From Acidimicrobiales bacterium (GTDB lineage: Bacteria > Actinomycetota > Acidimicrobiia > Acidimicrobiales > VFJN01): a stretch of DNA of 64,000 bases. Position 1 is the first letter of the stretch, and each line of letters begins with the position of its first letter. Positions 43,467 to 51,219 of the stretch are shown piece after piece. Location of the stretch: NCBI GenBank assembly GCA_035649475.1, contig DASRJM010000164.1, positions 20,521-84,520 of the forward strand, read 5' to 3'. The position numbers and the translations under genes were made by a program. A model generated the notes under the pieces. The model did not search any database, was not told the DNA's origin, and saw only the letters and a program-made list of their open reading frames with translations.

Positions 43467-43534
43467 CACAGGGCGTCGACAGGAAAGACACAGGGTTGCC
43501 CCCCTCGTTGCGCACAGGGTGGGCGCCGTAGGGT
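43467..43534 (+). repeat. three direct CACAGGG repeats followed by a -10-like TAGGGT
   Basis: CACAGGG at 43467, 43489 and 43513, spaced 22 and 24 nt. TAGGGT at 43529-43534, then 7 nt to the ATG at 43542. Confidence 0.4.
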
Positions 43535-43541
43535 CCCCCGC

Positions 43542-43766
43542 ATGCCGACGTTCGAGGTGATCCTGCGAGACCGGACCGTCGAGTCCGTCGACGGCGCCGA
43601 CGCCTACCAGCAAGAGGGCCCCATGACCACGTTCTTCCGCCGGGGCGACGGCCGCGACGTGATCGACTCGTGGAGCACACGCATGGCCAGCTTCCGCACG
43701 GCCGACCTCCTTGTCGTGCGCCGGGTCGACCCCGCGGTCCCCGCGCTGCGGGCGGTCGCCAACTGA
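43542..43766 (+). CDS. small hypothetical protein (74 aa)
   Basis: ATG 7 nt after the -10-like TAGGGT, so possibly leaderless. Non-repetitive, balanced composition (MPTFEVILRDRTVESVDGADAYQQEGPMTTFF...). No recognised motif. Confidence 0.4.
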   Translation: MPTFEVILRDRTVESVDGADAYQQEGPMTTFFRRGDGRDVIDSWSTRMASFRTADLLVVRRVDPAVPALRAVAN

Positions 43767-43794
43767 GCGCGTCGGCTGTGCCATCCTCGGGCCC

Positions 43795-43986
43795 GTGGCC
43801 GACCCCCTCACCTTCGCGTGCCCGCGGTGCGGGGCCGACGTGGCCGAGCGATACTACGGGCCCTGTGGGGCGTGCCGGGACCGGCTCCGGGCCGACCAGG
43901 CCCGGGAGGCACGCGCCGCCGAGGCGCAGGACTACGAGCCGAAGATGAACGTCACGCCCAACGCCGTGGCGTTGAAGGACGATTGA
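43795..43986 (+). CDS. small zinc-ribbon protein (63 aa)
   Basis: ORF 43711..43986 trimmed to the GTG at 43795 (VADPLTFACPRCGADVAERYYGPCGACRDRL). CxxC...CxxC, then a charged tail. Confidence 0.45.
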   Translation: MADPLTFACPRCGADVAERYYGPCGACRDRLRADQAREARAAEAQDYEPKMNVTPNAVALKDD

Positions 43987-44002
43987 CAAGGCCCGCGCCG
44001 CG

Positions 44003-44029
44003 TGTGACGGAACGGTGACGAACGTCACC
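44003..44029. promoter_or_regulatory. GTGACG half-site cluster including a perfect palindrome upstream of the CvnA-like gene
   Basis: GGTGACGAACGTCACC (44014-44029) is a 7+2+7 palindrome. A third GTGACG lies at 44004-44009. A -10-like TATGGT follows at 44041-44046. Confidence 0.3.
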
Positions 44030-44209
44030 TGGCCGCGAGCTATGGTCCGTGCTGAAATCTGCAATCCGTAACGGCCTGCGTTCGGGCGGCGAGAGTCAAT
44101 AAGGAAGGCAGCGCGAGGCCTTCCGCTCGACGCCCTCGATGTGGCCGTGGGAATGCTGGGGTCGGGGGCCGGGGCTGGGCTCCGACGTGGAGAGAAAACG
44201 GAGCCGCAG

Positions 44210-46627
44210 GTGGTCCGCCGCATACCGATCCGCGCCAAGGTCGCTGGCGCGCTCACCGTTCCGTTGCTCGCGCTGGGGGTCATCGCCGGCATCGGCGCGT
44301 CGACCAACGCCCGCACCGCCTCCCGGGTCATGCGGCAGTCCGACATGGCCACCGCCTCGATCGGCCACGCCGGGCTCATCAGCGCCCTCCAGACCGAGCG
44401 CAACCTGGCCGTCCTCGACATGTTCGCGCTCAGCGGCCGCCTCGAGCTGGAGGCGCCCGACGCGGCCACCGCCCGCACCCAGACCGACGCCGCGGTCACC
44501 GCCCTGCACCACGAGATCGGCGGGCAGGACGACACGCTGCGCGACGACTACGCCCGGGCGCTCGACGGCCTGCGCCGGCTCGACGACGTCCGGGACGCCA
44601 TCGACGGGGTGCAGGGCGTGGGACCGGCGGCCGCCCGCCAGACCGGCCACGACGCGTTCCGCGCCTACACGGAGATGATCCAGATGCTGTTCGCGTCCCA
44701 CGACCGGTTCTCCCTGGTCGTGGACAACGCCGCGCTGCGCCAGGGCGACGACCTCGTGCACTACTCGTCGCACGCCTCGGACTCGAGCGCCCAGCTGGTC
44801 GAGATGCTGCTGTTCCTCGGCAGCAGCCCCGGCGGCATCGACGAGCCGACCGAGGCGGCCCGGGTCGCCGAGCTGGCCCGGGACGTCGAGCGCCACGACG
44901 GCGTGATCCGCACCAAGGGCACCGGCATCTACGCCGACGCCGCGGCCGGGCTGTTCGCCAACCCCCGGCTCGCCGGGCTGGCCGACTACACCGGCCGGGC
45001 CATCCGCACCGGCCAGGTCGACCCCGACACGCTGCTGTCCACCGCCCCGCTCGGTCCCGAGGGCGGCTACCCGGCGTTCCGGGACCGGGTCGTCGATGTG
45101 CTCGACGCCGAGGCCGCCCAGCTCGGCGCGGCGGCGGACCGGCGCCGGCAGTGGTACGTGGCCGCCGCGCTCGGCGCCCTGGGGACGGCCGTGATGATCG
45201 CCTGGCTGGTCAGCCGGTCCATCACCCGGCCGCTGCGCCGCCTCAGCGAGGACGCCGGGGCCATGGCCAGCTACCGCCTGCCCGCCGCCGTGCAGGACAT
45301 TCTCGACGCACCCGAGGGCCAGGACATCCAGGTCCCGGAGTCCCGGCCCATCCCGACGCGGGCGCGGGACGAAGTCGGCGACGTCGCCCGGTCCCTCAAC
45401 GAGGTGCACAGCTCCGCGCTGCGGCTGGCCGTCGAGCAGGCGGCGCTGCGCCGCAATGTCGCCGAGTCCTACGTCCACCTGGGGCGCCGCAACCAGAACC
45501 TGCTGAGCCGGCTGCTCGACTCGGTCGGCGAGCTGGAGGCGACCGAGCACGACCCCGACCGGCTGGACCAGCTGTTCAAGCTGGAGCACCTGGCCACCCG
45601 CATCCGCCGCAACGCCGAGTCGCTGCTGGTGCTGTCCGAGCCGGTGCCGCCGGCCCGCTGGCAGCCGCCCGTGCAGGTGGCGGACGTGCTCCGGGCCGCC
45701 CTCGGCGAGATCGAGAACTACGAGCGGGTCGTGGTCCGCACGCTGGAGCCGTCGATGGTGCGGGGCGGCTCGTCGGCCGACCTCGCCCACCTGCTGGCCG
45801 AGCTGATCGAGAACGGGCTGCGCCACTCGCCACCCCGGGAGCTGGTCGAGGTCAGCGGCCGGGTCGGTGCCGCCGGCTACACGCTCTCGATCGTCGACCA
45901 CGGCCTGGGCATGACGCCCGACGACCTGGCGCGGGCCAACCAGCGCCTGGCCGGCGCCGAGTCGTTCACGGTCACGCCGGCCCGCTACCTCGGCCACTAC
46001 GTGTCCGCGGTGCTGGCCGCCCGCCACGGCATCGACGTGAAGCTGACCGGGTCGGTGGTGGTCGGCATCACCGCCCGGGTGGTACTCCCGGTGTCGATCC
46101 TGACCGACCACGCCGAGCACCCCGCGGCGGCGCCGCGCATCCCCGACCCGCGCCGGGTGCCGGAGGACAGCGTGTGGGCCGACGACGACCCGGGCGGCGA
46201 GCGGCCGTCGGCCGAGGACGTGCGGGCCGCCGTCGTGCTCCTCCGCACCCGCAGCAGCACCCCGCCCAAGCCGCCGGTGCTGGTGCCGGCCCTTCCCGGC
46301 GCGGCGGTGACCCGGTCCACCACGGTCGTGCCCCGCCACTGGCCGGCCCGCTCCGAGCGCGACCGCCACGCCGCGGCACCGTCCTCCGCCGCCGTGGCCG
46401 CGCCCGGCAGCCACCGTCCCGCCGAGCCCCGGCCCCGCGACGCGGCCGACCCGGCCGGGCGGACCGCCAGCGGCCTGATCCGCCGGGTGCCCCGCCCGCG
46501 TCCCCCGGGCGCGGATCGCAGCGCCGAGCCGCGGCCCGAGGTGGAGCAGTTCCTCGCCAGCCTGGCCGGGCGCAAGCCACCCGGGCGCGACGGCACGGAC
46601 GGGGGGTCCGCCCGGCGGAGGAGATGA
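44210..46627 (+). CDS. CvnA-like sensor histidine-kinase-like membrane protein (NIT sensor, HAMP, HATPase_c, Pro/Arg-rich tail)
   Basis: ORF 44141..46627. Preferred start is the GTG at 44210, 7 nt after GGAG. N-terminal TM plus NIT-like region (GLISALQTERNLAV). Second TM plus HAMP (ITRPLRRLSEDA). ATPase motifs ELIENGLRHSPP and IVDHGLGM. A Roadblock gene follows immediately. Confidence 0.8.
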   Translation: MVRRIPIRAKVAGALTVPLLALGVIAGIGASTNARTASRVMRQSDMATASIGHAGLISALQTERNLAVLDMFALSGRLELEAPDAATARTQTDAAVTALHHEIGGQDDTLRDDYARALDGLRRLDDVRDAIDGVQGVGPAAARQTGHDAFRAYTEMIQMLFASHDRFSLVVDNAALRQGDDLVHYSSHASDSSAQLVEMLLFLGSSPGGIDEPTEAARVAELARDVERHDGVIRTKGTGIYADAAAGLFANPRLAGLADYTGRAIRTGQVDPDTLLSTAPLGPEGGYPAFRDRVVDVLDAEAAQLGAAADRRRQWYVAAALGALGTAVMIAWLVSRSITRPLRRLSEDAGAMASYRLPAAVQDILDAPEGQDIQVPESRPIPTRARDEVGDVARSLNEVHSSALRLAVEQAALRRNVAESYVHLGRRNQNLLSRLLDSVGELEATEHDPDRLDQLFKLEHLATRIRRNAESLLVLSEPVPPARWQPPVQVADVLRAALGEIENYERVVVRTLEPSMVRGGSSADLAHLLAELIENGLRHSPPRELVEVSGRVGAAGYTLSIVDHGLGMTPDDLARANQRLAGAESFTVTPARYLGHYVSAVLAARHGIDVKLTGSVVVGITARVVLPVSILTDHAEHPAAAPRIPDPRRVPEDSVWADDDPGGERPSAEDVRAAVVLLRTRSSTPPKPPVLVPALPGAAVTRSTTVVPRHWPARSERDRHAAAPSSAAVAAPGSHRPAEPRPRDAADPAGRTASGLIRRVPRPRPPGADRSAEPRPEVEQFLASLAGRKPPGRDGTDGGSARRRR

Positions 46628-46630
46628 CCG

Positions 46631-47050
46631 ATGCCGACGGACGAGGCCCGGAACTTCAACTGGCTGCTGAGCAGCTTCGTCGACGAGACGGCCGGCGTGA
46701 CCGACGCCATGGCGGTCTCGTCGGACGGGCTGCTGATCGCCGCTTCGACCACCCCCGGCGGCCCTGGGAGCGACGAGCTGTGCGCCATCATCGCCGGGTC
46801 GACCAGCCTGGCCGCCGCGGCCAGCGCGGCGGTCGACGGCGGCGGCGTCGACCGGGTCGTCGTGGCCATGGCCCGGGGCTTCCTGTTCGTCAGCGCCATC
46901 GCCGACGGCAGCTGCCTTGGCGTCGTCGCCAGCCGGGACTGCGACGTCAGCTCGGTCGGCTACCAGACCACCGATCTCGTCGACCGGGCGGGGGCGCTGC
47001 TCACGCCCGCGCTGCGCGAGGAATTGAAGCAGAGCGCCGCGGGCAGTTGA
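46631..47050 (+). CDS. Roadblock/LC7 (MglB/CvnB-like) domain protein
   Basis: 139 aa. NFNWLLSSFVDETAGVTDAMAVSSDGLLIA...GFLFVSAI matches the CvnB-type Roadblock pattern. Starts 3 nt after the sensor stop. Confidence 0.85.
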   Translation: MPTDEARNFNWLLSSFVDETAGVTDAMAVSSDGLLIAASTTPGGPGSDELCAIIAGSTSLAAAASAAVDGGGVDRVVVAMARGFLFVSAIADGSCLGVVASRDCDVSSVGYQTTDLVDRAGALLTPALREELKQSAAGS

Positions 47051-47075
47051 GCCGTGCAGGGTCTACCGTGAGGGC

Positions 47076-48185
47076 GTGACCGACGTCGCACCGGCGACGT
47101 ATCCCACGCGCTACTGGCACCACCTGGACGACGGCCGAGTCCAGTGCGACGTGTGCCCGCGGGCCTGCAAGATGCGGCCGGGCCAGCGGGGGCTGTGCTT
47201 CGTCCGCGGACGCCCCGAGGAGGGGACCGCGGAGGACGGCGTGGCGCTGCTCACCTATGGGCGGTCCTCGGGCTACTGCATCGATCCGGTGGAGAAGAAG
47301 CCGCTCAACCACTTCCTTCCGGGAACGTCGGTGCTGTCGTTCGGGACGGCGGGCTGCAACCTGGCCTGCCGGTTCTGCCAGAACTGGGACATCTCCAAGT
47401 CCAAGGAGATGGACACCCTGGCCGACGCCGCCTCCCCCGAGGGGATCGCGGCCGCGGCCCGGCGGCTCGGCTGCGCCAGCGTGGCCTTCACCTACAACGA
47501 CCCGACGATCTTCCTGGAGTACGCGGCCGACGTGGCCGACGCCTGCCACGAGGTGGGGGTGAAGGCCATCGCGGTCACGGCCGGCTACATCTGCCCGGAG
47601 CCCCGGGCAGACTTCTACGCCCACCTCGACGCCCTGAACGTCGACCTCAAGGGGTTCACCGAGGAGTTCTACAAGCGGGTCTGCATCGGGCACCTCGAGC
47701 CGGTACTGGAGACGCTGGAGTACCTGCGCCACGAGACGGACCTGTGGTTCGAGATCACCACGCTGCTGATCCCCGGGCACAACGACGGCGACGCCGAGCT
47801 CGACGAGCTGACCGCGTGGATCGCCGAGCACCTGGGCCCGGACGTGCCTCTGCATTTCACCGCGTTCCACCCGGACTTCAAGATGATGGACGTCGAGCGG
47901 ACACCGCCGGCCACGCTGACCCGGGCCCGGGAGTGGGGGCTGCGCAACGGGCTGCGCTACGTCTACACCGGCAACGTCCACGACCGGGCCGGGTCCAGCA
48001 CCTGGTGCCCGGGGTGCGGGGCGCTGCTGATGGAGCGGGACTGGTACGAGCTGGGCGCGTGGGGGCTCACGGACGACGGGCGCTGCACCGGCTGCGGCTG
48101 GCAGGTGCCCGGGCGGTTCGCGGGCCCGCCGGGCCGATGGGGGCGGCGGCGGGCGCCGGTGCGGCTGGCGGTCCAGAGCCGGTGA
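47076..48185 (+). CDS. amrS: AmmeMemoRadiSam system radical SAM enzyme
   Basis: 369 aa. N-terminal Cys cluster CDVCPRAC. Radical-SAM motif GCNLACRFCQNWD. C-terminal zinc-ribbon-like CPGCG...CTGCG. An AmrB/AmrA gene follows. Confidence 0.9.
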   Translation: MTDVAPATYPTRYWHHLDDGRVQCDVCPRACKMRPGQRGLCFVRGRPEEGTAEDGVALLTYGRSSGYCIDPVEKKPLNHFLPGTSVLSFGTAGCNLACRFCQNWDISKSKEMDTLADAASPEGIAAAARRLGCASVAFTYNDPTIFLEYAADVADACHEVGVKAIAVTAGYICPEPRADFYAHLDALNVDLKGFTEEFYKRVCIGHLEPVLETLEYLRHETDLWFEITTLLIPGHNDGDAELDELTAWIAEHLGPDVPLHFTAFHPDFKMMDVERTPPATLTRAREWGLRNGLRYVYTGNVHDRAGSSTWCPGCGALLMERDWYELGAWGLTDDGRCTGCGWQVPGRFAGPPGRWGRRRAPVRLAVQSR

Positions 48186-48212
48186 CGGGACCGGACGGGC
48201 AGGCGGGGTGAG

Positions 48213-49592
48213 GTGGACGGCGCCCGCGGGTTCGGGACCTGGGTGCGTAGCCCGGCCGTGGCCGGGGTGTTCTACCCGGGCGACGCGGGCGCGTTGCGGG
48301 ACACGGTGGCCGGCCACGTGGCCGCCGCACCCGAGCCGCCTGACGGCGACGCCCCCAAGGCGGTGATCGCGCCCCACGCCGGTTACCGCTACTCGGGCCC
48401 GACTGCCGGGGCGGCGTACCGGGCGGTGGCGGCCCGGCGGGGCGAGGTGACCCGGGTCGTGGTGGCGGGCCCGGCCCACCGGGTGGCGCTGCCGGCGGTG
48501 GGCGTGAGCACGGCCCGCGCCTGGGAGACCCCGGCCGGCGAGTTCGCGGTGGACGTCGACGCCTGCCAGGCGCTGGTCGACGAGGGTCTGGCGGTGCCGG
48601 CCGACGACGCCCACCGGCCGGAGCACAGCATCGAGGTCCACCTGCCGTTCGTGGCCTCCGTCCTCGGGGACGTGGCGCTGGTGCCCCTGATCGTCGGCCG
48701 CTGCCCGCCGGCCGCGGCGGCCGAGGCGCTGGGCCGGATGTGGGGCGGCAACGAGACGCTGGTGGTGGTGTCGTCGGACATGAGCCACTACCTCGACGAC
48801 GCCGCGGCCCGGGCCCGGGACGGGCGGACCCGCAGGGCGATCCTGGAGGGCCGGGCGGCGGACATCGGGCCGTACGACGCCTGCGGTTGCGTCCCGGTGG
48901 CCGCGCTGATGCTGGCGGCCCGGGAGCGTGCCGTGGTCCCATCGACCCTGGCGGTGGCGACCTCGGCGGACGCGTCGGGCGACGCGAGCCGGGTGGTCGG
49001 CTACGCCAGCTTCGGCTTCGCCGCCCCCGGGCCGCTCGGCCCCGCCGACCGGGCGTGGCTGCTCGCCCGGGCCCGCGCTGCGGTGGCCTACGAGCTGGAG
49101 TCGGGCCAGGCCGACCCGCTGGACGACGAGGACGTCCCGGAGCGGGTGCTGCTCCCGGGCGCGTCGTTCGTCACCCTGGAGGTGGACGGCGAGCTGGTCG
49201 GCTGCATCGGCTCCCTCGAGGCCCAGCGCCCGCTGTGGCGGGACGTCGCCCGCAACGCCCGAGGCGCCGCGTTCGCGGACCCGCGCTTCCCCCCGCTGAC
49301 GGGCGACGACCTGGCCCGCACGACGATCAAGGTCTCGGTCCTCTCGGCCCTGGCCCCGCTCCCACCCGGCCACGACGACCTGGTCGACGAGCTCCGCCCG
49401 GGGGTGGACGGCGTCCTCCTGGAGGCCAGCGGCCACCGCGGCACGTTCCTCCCTGCGGTCTGGGACAAGCTCCCGACCCCGGAGGACTTCGTCGACCGCC
49501 TGGTCGGCAAAGCCGGCCTCCCTCCGGAGTCCTGGCCCCGGGACGCCCAGGTCTGGCGCTACACCACCGACGAGTTCGCCGACCTCACGTGA
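48213..49592 (+). CDS. fused AmmeMemoRadiSam system protein B (MEMO1-like) and protein A (AMMECR1-like)
   Basis: 459 aa. N-terminal Memo motifs AGVFYPGD, VIAPHAGYRYSG and SSDMSHY. C-terminal AMMECR1 motifs GASFVTL, LVGCIGS and HRGTFLPAVW. Confidence 0.85.
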   Translation: MDGARGFGTWVRSPAVAGVFYPGDAGALRDTVAGHVAAAPEPPDGDAPKAVIAPHAGYRYSGPTAGAAYRAVAARRGEVTRVVVAGPAHRVALPAVGVSTARAWETPAGEFAVDVDACQALVDEGLAVPADDAHRPEHSIEVHLPFVASVLGDVALVPLIVGRCPPAAAAEALGRMWGGNETLVVVSSDMSHYLDDAAARARDGRTRRAILEGRAADIGPYDACGCVPVAALMLAARERAVVPSTLAVATSADASGDASRVVGYASFGFAAPGPLGPADRAWLLARARAAVAYELESGQADPLDDEDVPERVLLPGASFVTLEVDGELVGCIGSLEAQRPLWRDVARNARGAAFADPRFPPLTGDDLARTTIKVSVLSALAPLPPGHDDLVDELRPGVDGVLLEASGHRGTFLPAVWDKLPTPEDFVDRLVGKAGLPPESWPRDAQVWRYTTDEFADLT

Positions 49593-51195
49593 CGACCGCG
49601 CGGGCCCACGTGTAGTCGGGCTTGCCGGCGGGGGAGCGGACGACCTCGGCGACCCAGTGGAAGGACTTGGGGACCTTGTAGCCGGCCAGCGCCTCACGGC
49701 AGTGGAGGCGAAGCTCGTCGTCCGTCGGGCGGGCGACGCCCCCGCGGGCCGAGAGGACGGCGACCACCTCGTTGCCCCAGCGGTCGCTCGGGCGGCCGAC
49801 CACGACCGCATCGGCGACGGACGGGTGCGAGGTCAGGGCCTGCTCGACCTCCTCCGCGAAGACCTTCTCGCCGCCGGTGTTGATCGTGGCCGAGTCGCGG
49901 CCCAGCAGGTCGAGGGCGCCGTCGGGGCGCAGCTTCACCCGGTCGCCCGCGACCGAGTGGCGGATACCGTCGATGACCGGGAACGTAGCGGCCGTCTTGA
50001 CCTGGTCGCCGAGGTAGCCCAGGGGGACCCGGCCGGCCTGGGCCAGCCAGCCGACCTCCGTCTCGCCCGGGGTCAGGACCCTCGTGCGGTCGTCCGACAG
50101 GACCACCGTCGTGCGCTCCGGGCGGAACGCCCCGTCGCCGCCGGCCACCGCCTGGCGGCCGGCCTCGGACGAGCCCAGCACGTCCACGATGCGGATCTCC
50201 GGCAGCGCGTCCCGCAGGCGCTGCTTCACCGGCGGCGACAGGACCGCCCCGCCCGAGAGCAGGAACCGCAGCGACGAGACGTCGTAGGCGCCCGGTTGGG
50301 CGTCGAGCTCGTCGAGCAACGGGCGGGCGAACGGGTCGCCGACGATCTGGAGCGACGTCACCCGCTCTCGCGCGCACACCGCCAGCACGTCCGCCGCGTC
50401 GAAGCGGGTCGGGTCGTCCTGCACCACCACCGTGCCGCCCGACGTCCACGCCGACAGGGCGTTCCAGTGGGCGGCGCCGTGCATGAACGGGGCCGACGGC
50501 AGGACCCGCAGCGCGGAACGGTCGACGGCCGCCTCGACGAGCGCGGACACCGGCCCGGCCACGCCGAGGGCCGTCGCGAGGAAGTCGCCCTGGCGCCACA
50601 GCGTGCCCTTGGGCATCCCCGTCGTCCCGCCCGTGTACAGCACGTAGCGGTCGTCTGGCGACAGCCCCACCGGCGGGACGGGGGCCGCCGACGCGAGCGC
50701 GTTCTCGTAGGGCACGGCGCCCGGGAGCAGCGCGGCTCCGGAGCCGTCGTCGACCTGGAGCAGCAGGACCACCTCGGGCAGGTCGCCCAGCACCGAGGCG
50801 AGTGTGGGCGCGAACGCGCCGTGGTAGATCACCGCCCGGGCGCCGCTGTCGGCCAAGACGTAGCGCAGCTCTGCGGCGACGTACCGGTAGTTGACGTTGA
50901 CCGATGCCGCCCGGGCCTTCCAGGCGCCGATCATGCCCTCCAGGTACTCGTGCCCGTTGTGGAGGTACAGGGCGACGTGGTCGTGCGGCGACTCCCACGG
51001 CGCCGCCGCCGCCGGGTCGCGGCGCAGGCCCAGCCCGGCCCGGGCCAGGACGGCGGCGAGCCGGCGGGTGCGGTCGGTGGTCTCGGCCCAGGTCCTGGTC
51101 ACGTCCCCGGCGACGAGGCAGGGCCGGTCGGGGACGGCGGCGGCGACCGCCTCGTGGAGGGCGGCGGCGTTGTGGTCGCCCGGATCGCCGGTCAC
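49585..51195 (-). CDS. acyl-CoA synthetase (AMP-dependent ligase, FadD3-like)
   Basis: 536 aa with the AMP-binding motif YTGGTTGMPKG and C-terminal GEKV...LAGYKVPK. Confidence 0.85.
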   Translation of the reverse strand: MTGDPGDHNAAALHEAVAAAVPDRPCLVAGDVTRTWAETTDRTRRLAAVLARAGLGLRRDPAAAAPWESPHDHVALYLHNGHEYLEGMIGAWKARAASVNVNYRYVAAELRYVLADSGARAVIYHGAFAPTLASVLGDLPEVVLLLQVDDGSGAALLPGAVPYENALASAAPVPPVGLSPDDRYVLYTGGTTGMPKGTLWRQGDFLATALGVAGPVSALVEAAVDRSALRVLPSAPFMHGAAHWNALSAWTSGGTVVVQDDPTRFDAADVLAVCARERVTSLQIVGDPFARPLLDELDAQPGAYDVSSLRFLLSGGAVLSPPVKQRLRDALPEIRIVDVLGSSEAGRQAVAGGDGAFRPERTTVVLSDDRTRVLTPGETEVGWLAQAGRVPLGYLGDQVKTAATFPVIDGIRHSVAGDRVKLRPDGALDLLGRDSATINTGGEKVFAEEVEQALTSHPSVADAVVVGRPSDRWGNEVVAVLSARGGVARPTDDELRLHCREALAGYKVPKSFHWVAEVVRSPAGKPDYTWARAVVT

Positions 51196-51219
51196 GGTGC
51201 CGTCACCGTCACGGCCGGG

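Noticed and set aside
43984-43989. Consensus TTGACA as a -35 element
   Set aside because: No TANNNT hexamer lies 16-19 nt downstream (GACGGA at the 17-nt position). It also overlaps the stop region of the zinc-ribbon ORF.
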